DNA from: Octopus bimaculoides
Taxonomy: Eukaryota
NCBI RefSeq assembly: GCF_001194135.2
Contig: NC_068982.1
Span: forward strand, 40,876,900-40,925,281
Length of the DNA: 48,382 nt
Reading direction: 5' to 3'
Shown here: piece by piece, positions 23,061 to 35,892 of the stretch
Numbering within the stretch: the first letter of the stretch is position 1
Layout of the letters: each line of letters starts with the position of its first letter
Program-made: the position numbers and the translations under genes
Notes under the pieces: generated by a model
Seen by the model: only the letters and a program-made list of their open reading frames with translations
Told to the model about the DNA's origin: nothing
Database searches by the model: none

Positions 23061-25770
23061 TATGTACAAATCAAGTACAAGGAGTTGATATAAGTAACCA
23101 TACTCTCAAAAGTGGGTTTCCCCTCACAGCCATAGTCCTACGAGGAAAATTAGTAAAAGAATAAACTATATTTTTCAAGAATGCCTGCGTAAGAGACATG
23201 AAAATCTCTAACATGAATGTTGAAAGGTGAGAGGACATTACTTGGTAATCGATCTCACTAAAGACTGGAACAGTTTATAAACGAGGGGAGAAGCTAAAGT
23301 TTACTGATAAAGAAATGTAAAATCGACAGAGAAACAGCAGTAGAACTAAATTGGTAGACAGTACCTTCAAATACAGTCATTGTAACTGTGTGGGTGTCTA
23401 CAGCCAAATCAGACGCTGCTATGCTAACAAGACTGGAGTGAGGCTTTCTAAGCCAGAATGAGGCGACTGTGCACAGCTGTTTGAGCTCTGTTGATTGGGC
23501 ACAGCTGTTTGAGAGCTGCCAGGACATTTAACTGCTTTGGCGTTAGTACTTTTTGGCACTGGAGGCAAACACGTACGCACATGCACGTGTATGTCAAAAT
23601 ATATTCACACAGATAGAGAGTGGGAGTAGAGAGAGAGAGGCATTACAACCTATTAATTGAACATGATTGATATAAATACTTTCTCTCTCTTCATACACAT
23701 CAAGAGAAATATGCTCACACTCACAAATAGAGAGAGTGGGGAGAGAATGAGAGAAACATTTAAGTGTTTGATATAAAACAAGTCGGCATAGAATCAGTGC
23801 CAAAACGACTGTGCCAAAACAACTCATACCCTTTGTAAGCACAGGCCCATGGTCTCACAAGTCAAACAAATGCTTTAAACACTAACCAAGCATAACGTGG
23901 GAGAAAAGTGTTAAAAATTCACCAAAATGTAGAAATATCTTTCACCAAAAATGGTTAAGGAAAACCCTGTGAATTTCATACCATGATTATATCAGAAATG
24001 AAATCTTTAGAAGAATATTGTCACAAAAACTTCACAACTCGGGAATTGAACAAAGACCATAACTGACCAGTCATGTCCTGAGAAAGCCAGATTATTGGTA
24101 TGGGGGGGGGAGCAACATTAAGAGAGACAGTAACAGGTTGTAACATGTTGAAAAAGATGAGAAAGACCAAGAACCATTATGGCATCAAGTCTTTCAGGAG
24201 GATCTTAAACCTGTCAACAGACACAGAGAAAACAGAAAAACATGCAAACATTGGAGAACTGTTACCTGGTATGCAAAAATGTATGGGATGGACTCACTAA
24301 TTAATATATTGTTACTCTATACCAACCACATATAAATTGGTTAAGTCAATAATCTCTGAAGTAGGCAACTGATCCATCCACTTGTAGGTAATAGAACTAA
24401 TCTAGAAGTTATTATTATTCAGTAAAACTGATTAAAAAAGTACAGTGAACTTGCTGTAGGGAGTGGAAAATCCAATGTTTCAGACAGGGTCCTTTTTCAG
24501 GGAAAAGTTGAAAGGAGAGAAATTAATGAGAGGCAGCAGAGTTAATTAAAAACAAAAGACTTGTTGCAACTGATAAGGAATGCAGGACCATGTGAGCTTC
24601 ATACATGAACAAGAAGTGGTAGGAGAGAGAAAGAATGTGAGAGAAGATATCATTGCTGCTGTTGGTAGTACCATTGTTGTTGTTGTTGTTTTGTCTCTGT
24701 TCAATCCTGATTGAGCAGACTTATAATTAAAAATATGGCAGCAGTAATTATCTCACCACTTTATTTTTTCATTCAGATACTGTGTATCTAGAACTATATT
24801 CTCCAATCAGGTCAATCCTCTTTTTCAGGACAGCTGATTATAATATGCAATAGATTTGGTTGTTATTTCTAGCAGGTTGAATGACCATGTAGTGGCTTTC
24901 TCATCGGCTTCTTTATCCTAGAGGTTGTTACTGTTGTGACTGTTGTTGTTGTTGTTTCTTCAAAGCTCTATATCAGCACTGACCAACCAAACCTATAATC
25001 AAAGGCATTATAGCCATAACCACGCCATCTCTTTTCTAATATCCTAGATTACATTATCCATTAGGCCTCTTTCTTTATTCAGTGAAATGCAATATATGGA
25101 AAATCTGGCTGCTATTTCTAGTAAGTAAAACAACCAAATAGAGGCTCTCACTTTGGCTCTTGCCATGTGAGACAAGTGTTTGGAAGAAGATATTGGATCC
25201 CAGTCAAGAGTTACTAGGAAATGATTTGACAAATATCTACTGTCATATTGATTATAACTTTTCAACACAAAGGATATGACATTATCTATTTTGAATATAT
25301 AAATATACATAGTCTTTCTGTGAAGATTGTTTATGGTTAAAATTAATGAGAGCATATTATCATAAACTAGATACATAGTGTCTGGAGAATGGTATAAATT
25401 TACTGCTTGAAATAATATCTATTTTCATTTAAAGATGCTGATGTGTAATTCATCAGTCTTTGAGTATTAGTCAACAAAATTGAAAAATAACATAAAATAA
25501 AGCATTACTTCCAATTCCATTTTTAACGACAGATAGCCATAAAACGTCTGCTGTATCCATCCAGTTTAAAATATTCAGTTTATTTATTCAGTGTTAACAT
25601 CTGTCACAACAGAAATACAATTAATTACTGATGACCAAGAATTTGAAATATCTTGCAACCATTTCTCATTTTTCATTTCTTATTTCAACAAATTGAATTT
25701 AATTTTCTTTGTTTTTATTTTCAAGTTTTATTTATTTCTTTGTTTTTTTTTTAATCATTATTTTCTCTAG

Positions 25771-25867
25771 AACCATCTTCAAATCCCCAGCCCCTTGAAT
25801 AGCCCAATTCATCTTGAGAATCCAGAATCCCAAACTCGTTGGTATTTCCGTTACTTTTTGGGAAAAT
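25771..25867 (+). CDS. GARNL3: GARNL3 exon: NHLQIPSPLNSPIHLENPESQTRWYFRYFLGK
   Basis: Acceptor ttttctctag, donor T|gtaagt, 97 nt. HLENPE..TRWYF.YFLG motif of GARNL3/RapGAP family proteins. Confidence 0.93.
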
Positions 25868-27445
25868 GTAAGTATATTGTATTTGGCTTGCAAACTCTTT
25901 GATGTGAACTTTATAGTTAAATGGATTTTGTATCTTGAGAAGATGAGTGTTGTGTAAATGTTTCTATCTGCTTGCTTTTACTTGCTTGCTTTTACTTGTT
26001 TGTCATTATACTGTGGTCATGCCAGAACACCACCTTGAAGGCTTTAGGTGAATAAATTGGCCCCAGAACTTTATGTTTTTTTTTAAATGCCTGATACCTA
26101 TTTTATCAGTCTTTCTTGCCAAACAGCTAAACATATATAGCTGCTGCTCCTAAATCTACCCTAACCAGGAATAGTACCACCTGTCAGAGACCCAGCTACA
26201 GATTTGCTATATATGATGACATTCCATCTGAGAGTGGAGACAGAAATACACACACACACATTCACATATATATGCATGTATGTATACATTTATGTATGTA
26301 TGTATATATGTATGTATGCATGTATGCATGTATGCATGTATGTATTTAGGTACATGTTTGGTCATGCGGTTAAGAAGTTCACTTTACACCTACAGAGTTT
26401 TGGGTTCAGTCACACTGCACAGTACCTTGGGCAAGTGTGTCTTCTACATTGGCACTGAGCTAACTAATGCATTGTGAATGAATTTGTGTGGAAGCTCGTC
26501 ACTTGTGTGTATATGTGTGTATGTGTATGTATATATATATATATATATATATAGTTTTAGAAAAAAGAACCAAGGTTCATGAACTCATCGATGAAAATCC
26601 ACAGTCACATATAGAAAATTAATAAGTAAAGGCACAATAAATAAGTATAATATAATACAAAGTAAATATCATAAGACAATGATAATAAAACGACTACACA
26701 TGTTTCATAACCAAATTTTCAAATATATTATATATATATTTATNNNNNNNNNNNNNNNNNNNNNNNNNNNNNNNNNNNNNNNNNNNNNNNNNNNNNNNNN
26801 NNNNNNNNNNNNNNNNNNNNNNNNNNNNNNNNNNNNNNNNNNNNNNNNNNNNNNNNNNNNNNNNNNNNNNNNNNNNNNNNNNNNNNNNNNNNNNNNNNNN
26901 NNNNNNNNNNNNNNNNNNNNNNNNNNNNNNNNNNNNNNNNNNNNNNNNNNNNNNNNNNNNNNNNNNNNNNNNNNNNNNNNNNNNNNNNNNNNNNNNNNNN
27001 NNNNNNNNNNNNNNNNNNNNNNNNNNNNNNNNNNNNNNNNNNNNNNNNNNNNNNNNNNNNNNNNNNNNNNNNNNNNNNNNNNNNNNNNNNNNNNNNNNNN
27101 NNNNNNNNNNNNNNNNNNNNNNNNNNNNNNNNNNNNNNNNNNNNNNNNNNNNNNNNNNNNNNNNNNNNNNNNNNNNNNNNNNNNNNNNNNNNNNNNNNNN
27201 NNNNNNNNNNNNNNNNNNNNNNNNNNNNNNNNNNNNNNNNNNNNNNNNNNNNNNNNNNNNNNNNNNNNNNNNNNNNNNNNNNNNNNNNNNNNNNNNNNNN
27301 NNNNNNNNNNNNNNNNNNNNNNNNNNNNNNNNNNNNNNNNNNNNNNNNNNNNNNNNNNNNNNNNNNNNNNNNNNNNNNNNNNNNNNNNNNNNNNNNNNNN
27401 NNNNNNNNNACACTTGTCTTCATCTTTTGTTTTTCTGTAAATTTC

Positions 27446-27482
<37 letters not shown>

Positions 27483-27483
<1 letters not shown>

Positions 27484-28093
27484 AATTTGAAATTTGAAAT
27501 CTGAAATTGAAATCGAACTGAATCCGACGACTGGCACCCATGCCAACCTCTCCTTCATTGGACACTAAACTCTGCTTGCGAAGACTTGTTGGGGCAAGTG
27601 AAATCGTAATTGAACCATACTCGATGACTGGTCACTGTGCCAGTGAAGCACTAACAGCACTGTCGAGCATGTTCATTGCCAGAGCAGCTGTCTGGCTTCC
27701 ATGCTTGTGGCCCGTAAATAGTACAATTAGAACGTAATCATTACCAGCGTTGCCTTCTAGCACTTGTGCTGGTGGCACGTTAGAAAATCATTCGAGCGAA
27801 GTCGTTGCCAGTGCTGCTGGACTGGCTCCCATGCAGGTGGCACGTAAAAAACACCTTTTTGAGTGTGGCCGTTGCCAGTACTGTGTGACTGGCCCTTGTG
27901 CCAGTGGCACGTAAAAGCACCCACTACACTCTCGGAGTGGTTGGCGTTAGGAAGAGCATTCTGCTGTAGAAACTCTGCCAGATCAGATAGGAGCCTGGTG
28001 CAGCCTTCTGGCTTGCCAGTCCTCAGTCAAATCGTCCAACCCATGCAGGCATGGAAAGCGGACGTTAAACAATGATGATGATGATGATGATGA
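27483..28093 (+). mobile_element. About 600-bp retroposon, family E, with an RTE-like 3' tail and (GAT)n end
   Basis: Tail ggcgttaggaagagcattctgctgtagaaactctgcca...aaatcgtccaacccatgcaggcatggaaagcggacgttaaacaatgatgatg. Tail-only copies at about 30560-30800, 38995-39165, 39870-40210 (variants), 44247-44450 (-) and 1810-1990 (-). Confidence 0.8.
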
Positions 28094-28539
28094 TATATAC
28101 ATAGCAGTCTACCAAATCCACAAACAAGGCTTTGGTTAGCCCAGGCCTATAAGGAGCCATACAGGAATACTGAACTGTGGTTGTAACTTCTCAACCATAC
28201 ACACATACCCGCACCAAATACTAACTTTTATATCTATTTGTGGTAGTGGGGTATATGCACACAGTTTTTTTTTCAACGGGGGATGCTTTTTGTTGTTACC
28301 TTTTTTTTTTGTTCAAGAAAACCCTACCAAGAATTTCTTTTATGAAAGGATTATGTGAGAAATAGCATTTGTTGTGAATATAACTATTGGTAGTATACTT
28401 AATCTACAGCCATATGGATCCTCATGATATATGAAACCTGTGGTTAATTTTCATCTAGAGCATAAGAGTATTATGAAATTCATCTAATTTATTTTTGCTT
28501 CTTTTTATTTTGTTTTGTTCTTGTTTTTTTTTCCTCTCT

Positions 28540-29480
28540 TTATAAACATTCATCTGTGTGAATGAATTTGTGTAAGTGTGTAAGTGTGCGTTCATATATA
28601 TGTATATGTAAGAGCAAGCTTGCTTCATCTATGTGAATGTGTGTGTTTGTGTTGTGTGTGAGTGTGTGTGTAAATCTGAGAGCAAACTTGTTTCTGTTTG
28701 AGCGTGTGTATATGGGTAAATGTAAGAGCAAGCTTGCTTCTGTTTGTGTGTGTGTGTTCGTGTGTTTTGGTTGTGTGTGTGTGTAAATGTGAGAGCAAAT
28801 TTGATTCTGTGTGTGTGTGTGTGTTTGTGTGTGAGTGTGTGTATGTATTTGTGTGTGTGTGTGTGTGTGTGTGCATTTTATGTGTGCTTCCATGGTTGAT
28901 TTTTGTGTAGTTATGCGTTATGTGAGAATAAAATAATAAATTCCACAAATGTGTATCAGTGCATATGTATACATGTAGTAATCACCTGATGTGTCTCCAT
29001 GAATGAATGCATCTAAAAATTTGTTTAATATATAATAAATGTTTACTGCATAAATTTGTGTATTTAGGAAAATATATCTCAATGCATGTATGTGGAGAGA
29101 GAAAGAAAAGAGGAGAGAGACAGAGGGACAGAGAGAAATGGAAGATATATTTGCATTTATGATTATCTGTTCAGATATGTTTGTGCATGTGTGTGTGTAT
29201 ACATTTATATATATATATACACACACATATATACAGATATATATATACACACACACATACATATGTATGTGAGTATATGCATGTGTATGAGTTTTTATGA
29301 TTATGAAAATGTATTTGAATGCATGTGTGTGTGTGTGTGTGTGTGTGGAGAGAGAGAAAGAGAAAGAGAGAGAGAGAAGATATGTTTGTATATGTAATTG
29401 TATATTCTTTAGCAATGTGTGTGCATGTGTTTGTATATGTTTGATTGAGAGAGAAAAACAAATAAAGAGCAATATTATTA
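28540..29480. repeat. (GT)/(GA)/(AT)-rich compound microsatellite and minisatellite block
   Basis: Directly visible. Includes repeated gtaaatg.gagagcaa.cttg.ttc units. Confidence 0.85.
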
Positions 29481-29600
29481 TTATTATTATTATTATTAAT
29501 AATAACAAAATAATGAGTGTGCTGCTTTCAGAATGTTATCAAATTTTTCTTGGTTTTTATTCATGATTTAAATGTTTTATATCTGTATTCCCTTATACAG

Positions 29601-29719
29601 TACATCAGAATTATGTTGGAGCTGATGCTGAAAAAGAGCCCTTCGTTTTATCTGTTGTTGTCACAGATGCCAACAACCTCAATGTCCCACAGTATAGAAC
29701 CATTTTGTGGAGAAAAACA
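29601..29719 (+). CDS. GARNL3: GARNL3 exon: (L)HQNYVGADAEKEPFVLSVVVTDANNLNVPQYRTILWRKT
   Basis: Acceptor cccttatacag, donor ACA|gtaagt, 119 nt, phase 1/0. Close match to recalled GARNL3 HQNYIGNDAEKSPFFLSV...VPQYRAILWRKT. Confidence 0.96.
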
Positions 29720-32066
29720 GTAAGTATTGGTCTTTTGCTCTTTTATTGCGGCCATGCTGTAGCACCACTTTCAGCAGTTTGGGTCAAAATATATTACAGT
29801 GACACTCAGTACTTATCCTGACATTCATGTCTTGCAAACAACTCGCACATGCAAGTGCTACCAGTCGAGAACTCCGCATACCGGAAGCCAGCAAGTGTAG
29901 GGAGTCATCAGGAGAGAATGTGCGCCGTTTCGGGGCCTACCTCTCGACGGTATCAATGCACACCAGCTCCCCCTTAACTGATATGAGGCCCCGCTTGCTA
30001 GATCAACTGGTTATTAAAAAAAGCTCAATATTTCTCTAGCCATCGCTCATTGTCTCTTTTTAACCAAATCCAGTGGCTAGCCTTCTCCACTGTAGTTTGG
30101 ATATCACTCATGGTAATAAATTGTATTAACCTCTATTTATCAAACGGTTGAGTTAACCTATTTTTAGAGAGTTACTTCCCTTAGTGATGCAAATACTTTT
30201 CAGTTATTTGCACCAATTTACACTACTGTACACAAACAAAGACACTTGATTCCCACCATCATCCATCCACTCACACATACATACATACATCATACCCTTC
30301 CCCTCATTCGCTTTTTTGTCTCACACACTTGCTACTTTCATTCTTTCACTCAAGTTCATCTGTCATTGCTCTTCTTCTGTTTACCTATTTTGTCATGCTA
30401 TGTTGTACAAATGGATACAATGTAAAGAATTGAGAACTATTTAGTCTTGTGGTATTTAAGGCAGCCACAGTAGTACTGGCACTACAATAGAATACACTCA
30501 GTACACTCTGGAAGGTGGTTGACAAACAAGCAGAGACAACATAAAAATCAAGAAAACTCTTTAGTCTTGCCAAGGACATAAAGACCTCTCTAGTGTTGGT
30601 GCCAAGATAAATTGTGCTATGTACACTTTGTAAAGTGGTTGGTGTTAGGAAGGGCATCTGGCAATGGGTACCACAGCAACAATGAAACATACATCTAGGA
30701 TCCATCTAGGAGGGCATAACTCTGAATGAGGACTGTGCCATATCATGACAACCCATCTAACCCATGCCAGCATGAAAAATGGATATAAAAGGAGGGGGCG
30801 TGGAGGAGGAGGAGGAGGAGAAGGACAATGATGATGACAACAATGATGGTGAGGATCATCATCATGGTGGGATCCTTCACAGTCACTGTCTACCAAATTT
30901 TGCTCACAGGATGTTGATCAACCCAAGATTATAGTAGAAGACACTTCGTTGAAGTACTGTACTTTACTGTGAATTTGAACCTGGAACACTATGGTTATAA
31001 GGCAAACTTCGAACCACATTGCTATGCCTGTGTCTAAGTATGTGGTCAGCTAATTAGTTTTAATTTCCTTTCCCACAAAACATCTAATGAGTATTTGATT
31101 AATTCAGCTGTTAGTACTTAAATATGTATACGTCATATTAACTGGCTTCCAGCTTGTTGATTGTTATTGCTGATAAATGTTAGCAGCAATATAAATATTG
31201 ATTTTTTTTCACATTGCTACAAGACCTCAAATTTGAAGGAAACAAGTTTGGTTGACCTTAGCACATGCTTAGCATATGCTCAACACTTACTTTATCAACT
31301 TAGGAGAAGAGAGCAATGCCGAAGACAACCAATGCAAGATTTGAACTCATGACTTAGAGCAAAATTACTAAATTTGATAGTCTACTGTTTCTGCCTTCAG
31401 TTATCTAAATATTGATTTTTGTTATAGTAATAGATTGTTTTATTTATAGATAAGAGCATCAAACTGGTCTGGCATATTAACCATTTAGAAAATAGTTGCA
31501 ACAGTAATTGCTTCAGTTGGCATAACTTTGTTCTGGATTGCCAACTACCGCTAAAATATGTGTGAAACAGCCTCTACACAGTCGTCCAGTTCTCTAGAAA
31601 TAGCAGCCAAATACATACCCCTTCAATTCACACCCAGCAGTCATAATAAGGGAGACACTTGATGCAGTCCTTGTAAAATACAATGGCTGGTCATGATCTG
31701 GCTTGAATGTTTTTGATCATAAGTATGCTTGGTTTACTTAATCATTGGTTGACCTCGGGTTAAACAACAACAACTATAACATCTTGAAAAGTTGAAGCTG
31801 TAGCATGCAAACTGTGTTGATCTTATTACTGATATAAACACCATCAGAGTAATTGTTCATTAATTAAACAAACTATATAATAAGCATCAACTAATTACTA
31901 CTCTCTGAATCCTATAGAATTAATCATTACATAACAGATGTTTCCCTTCTGCTCAATGTGTAATTTCTGTCCACATTGAGCTTGTCTTAGGACACCTACA
32001 TCACAATTTGATGGATGTACCTACCCAGGCAAATTCCCCAACCAACACTGTTCTTGACTTATTTCC

Positions 32067-32186
32067 GAAGTAAAGTCTTGGCTCCAGACGCAACCTACTG
32101 ACTTCTACAGATGAGGTCTTCACGCCTGCATAAAGCGATGGAAAAAGTACATCGCCATTGATGGTGGCTATGTAGAGAAAGACTAA
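32067..32186 (+). pseudogene. Mariner transposase C-terminal relic
   Basis: EVKSWLQTQPTDFYR*GLHACIKRWKKYIAIDGGYVEKD*, the typical mariner C-terminus, with one internal stop. Confidence 0.75.
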
Positions 32187-33229
32187 TAATTATACCAAGT
32201 TTCGTTTATCCCAGTCCTTGAGAAGTGGATCAGGGGAAACCTTTAATGAACACCCCTCATATCACATGATGTCAAGGCAAGGTGACAATAATGTGCACAT
32301 ACACATGCACAGACACACACACACACACATACACACACACATACACACACACACACATATATAAAGCAGGCTTCTTTCAATTTCCATCTACCAAATCCAC
32401 TCACAAGACTGGTTGGCTCAAAGCTATAGTAAGTGCCATGCAATGGGATAGACCTCTGAGCCATGTGGCTGGGAACCAAACTTCTTACTACACAACCATA
32501 CCTGTGCATATGTAAATAAGAAAAAAATAATATTAATAAAAGTAATAATAATAACGAAAGAATGTGATAGAGAAGTGTAAATATTTATATCAGTAATTAT
32601 CATTATACTGTAATGAGCTGCATGAGCCTCACAACATCTTGCTACTCATCATAATCATTTCATCATCTGGTACACAGAGCAGCTGAGAAAACTACCCATC
32701 TTTGTCATACATGTCATATTTTTCTAGTTATCCATTCTATTTCTACCTGCATTACAACATGGATTGAGGGTATTTTGTAATACAACTGGTATTAGTGAGG
32801 TTAACTGCTATGAGACTAGAAACTCCTCTCTACACTAGGGCACTGAAAAGTTTCTGGCTTTAAGGGTATCACAAAAGGCCTGGTTGGAAGCCTAATCTTC
32901 TGAGTTCTTTTACAGGGCTTAGAGAAACTGAAGGACCACTACAATAAGTGTGTGAATTTGAGAGGGGAATATGTTCAATAAAATCATAATTGATTGATCC
33001 TTCTATTTTTTTCTTTTACTCAAAACCAGGATCTTTTCAGCACACCCTCATACCATCTGCATCAGGGATTTTAGATAGATTGCTACTACTGGGAATTATT
33101 GAGTTTACATGTCCACTATTTGTTTCATCCCTTTTTTTTTTAGGTAGAAGCATGTTTTTGTTTTTTATAGCTGCTTGCTTACTGATTGCTCTTGCTTGAT
33201 GGGACTGGGGTCATCTCAGGTTAGTGGTC

Positions 33230-33500
33230 CCAGAGATGTCATCATGCATAGAGCTGACCAGGTCCACCAGTACTCTCCATTGCTAGTGATCCCATGCCAG
33301 TCCCTCTATATCCTTCAAGATGACATTGAGCCTCAGGAAATCTTCCCCAATCAGGTCTAGCTATCTGAAGTGGGGCCTGCCACAAGGCCTCTTCCAGCCT
33401 GCAGCAACTACATCAAATGAGAGTAAAGCCCTTGTAGAATGGTCTAGTGGCAGATGAAGGGCATGTCCATACCAGCACATGTAACAGATAGCTATGCAGG
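33230..33500 (-). pseudogene. Degenerate RTE-like LINE C-terminus
   Basis: Minus strand AGWKRPCGRPHFR*LDLIGEDFLRLNVILKDIEGLAWDH*QWRVLVDLVSS. Confidence 0.7.
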
Positions 33501-35126
33501 GGAAGGTTACAGGTTGGTGCATACACATACACAGTTCTTTGTTGGATTTATTAAACCATTAGTACTAGACAGGTTTTCTCCCACAAGCATTAATATGAAT
33601 TCAAAATATAAGTTTGCTAAAAGTAACACAGCACTTAAGATACTAATTAAGCCATTAAATCTTTAGCTGCTAGATGATGAGCTAATGAGTTGTGTCCATT
33701 TGTAAATTACATTATTCTGCTTTTTCCTAGATTATAAAGAGCCTAAGCTGATATTTTATCCAAATAATTCTTCTAAACTCAAATTTTACCTGGACTAATT
33801 TTAACTTCATCATCCTGGGGTTAATAAAATAAGTACTTGCAATATATTTGTCAAGGAAGAATATTGCATCAAAGAAAGACATCCTTATTGCATTTATTAC
33901 ACTAATCCTAGCTAGAGGTAAAACAACCTTTTCTATAAAAAAACGATCTCTCAAAAACAACCATGAAATACACCAACAGAAAAGGTCAAGATTCTCAAAA
34001 TTCTCTTTGCCATGCCAACATGGTAAAAATAAGTGTGAAAAGAAATGTTATGTTGTGGTGACATGTGAAATGCTAAAACATGCAAAGATCATAGCAAACA
34101 GGAGTTATTTTATGAATGAACGCAATTAGAATAATTAAATGGAAACTTTTAATAAATATCATTTCAATGTCTTCCTTGAAACCCATTTTCCCTCTCCCTC
34201 CCTCTTTCTCTCTCTTACTCTATCTATCTCTCCCTCCTCTTATCTCTCTCTTCTCTCTCACTTCTTTTCTCTCTTCTTCTATCTCTCTCTCTTCCTTTCT
34301 CTTCCTCTTTTCCTCTCTCTGTTCTTCTCTCATTTTCTATATCTCTCTCTTCCCCTCTCCCTTTTCCTATCTCTCTTTCTTCTTCTATTCTTATCTTCTC
34401 CCTCCTTCTTTCTCTCCCTTCCCCCCTCTCTCTCTCTATCTCTGATAGTTTTACTTTGAACCAATGCATATTTATATATTTTAAAACCATTTTATATTCA
34501 TCGCGTTATACAAATGTCCATGGAATAGTTCACTTTATGTAGATTTCAATGACTAATTGCTTTACATTTAATCATGAAACAGAAATAGTTGGCTATCGCT
34601 AAGTACAATGTATTGCCAAAAGGAAAAACATAAATTCTTTTATTATCAGCTAATCAGAAAAGGACACTGTATGGGCTTCTTTCCATTTCCATCTACAAAG
34701 TCCACTCACAAGGCTTTGATCTGCCTGGGGCTATAGCAGGAGACACTTCCCCAAGGTGCCACACACTGAGGCCAAACCCAGGGACCATGTTATTGGGAAG
34801 CTAACGTCTTACAACACACAGCCATGCCTGCACCTATTATATTTTTATAATTAAATATTATTAGGAACCGTATAAAATAAAAATTGTTCTAATATTTTAT
34901 GTATTGTACAAGTATAACCAATTTATTGCACATAAATTTAAACGGCAAAATCTTATATGGACCCCCAGGGGTTGTGTGGACACTGGTTGAGAACCACTTG
35001 TTCACAGTCACCAATATCGTTGCTTTTATATGGTCACAGGCATAGAAACTAAAACATACTGATAAAGAACTTTGTTTCAATTTTGTATTCTTAATGCTTA
35101 TAATAACTGTTGTTTATTATCTCTAG

Positions 35127-35191
35127 GGAGCACAACGAATATGTTTGTCTTTCAATCCAAACAAACCACAAACTGTGAAGGGAATTCTCAA
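35127..35191 (+). CDS. GARNL3: GARNL3 exon: GAQRICLSFNPNKPQTVKGIL(N)
   Basis: Acceptor ttatctctag, donor AA|gtgagt, 65 nt, phase 0/2. Matches GTQKICLPYSPTKTLSVKSIL. Confidence 0.92.
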
Positions 35192-35836
35192 GTGAGTATC
35201 TTTCTAATTCACTTCTCAGCTCTTAGTGGAATTATTGTCTTTTGAAATATCACATTTCTTCATACTGATGTCATCTTTGTACATGCTTATATACTCTAGT
35301 GTAAATACTATGGCATGCCAGTAACTTTGCAGCAACCCAAGTCCAATTAGAATTTTATATTACTAATGTCCTTGAGAAAAATATCAATTTCATAACTGTC
35401 AAAAGATTATCAGCGAAAGATCTTAAAGAAATGTCTACTACAAGAGATTGTTGTTCTATCCAAGTGAGACCAACCTCTTCAGTAATTTAGTTCATTCTTG
35501 AAAAACGTTATAATTCTTGTATCACATTAATATTGTTGTTTTCCAAAACAGTTTTCCTTTCCACATCGTAAAATGTGCTTTATGTTGAAATATTTCCTTA
35601 CATAAATAAATATTCATCATGCATAGTGTAAAGGATTTGTAGAAGAAATAGGTGTGGAAGACATTAACTTAAAGTGCATATATATATATTATATTATATT
35701 TATCTTATGATATTTACTTTACTTTATATTATACTCATTTATTGTGCTTTTAATTATTAATTTTTCTATATGTGATAGTGGATTTTCATCGATGAGTTCT
35801 TGAAAATTGGTTATTTTCCCTAAAACTATATATTGC

Positions 35837-35892
<56 letters not shown>

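Noticed and set aside
24040-24300. Possible further LINE C-terminal relic on the plus strand
   Set aside because: Only faint motif resemblance (FQEDLK), too degenerate to call.
26679-27565. Long ORFs spanning N runs (also 39081-39846, 40652-41717, 46140-46868)
   Set aside because: Artefacts of assembly gaps translated as X. The gaps mostly abut (TA)n tracts.
28540-29566. His/Thr-, Cys/Val- and Ile/Tyr-rich ORFs (also 34116-34490, 37789-38139, 41981-43164)
   Set aside because: Translations of di-, tri- and tetranucleotide microsatellites.
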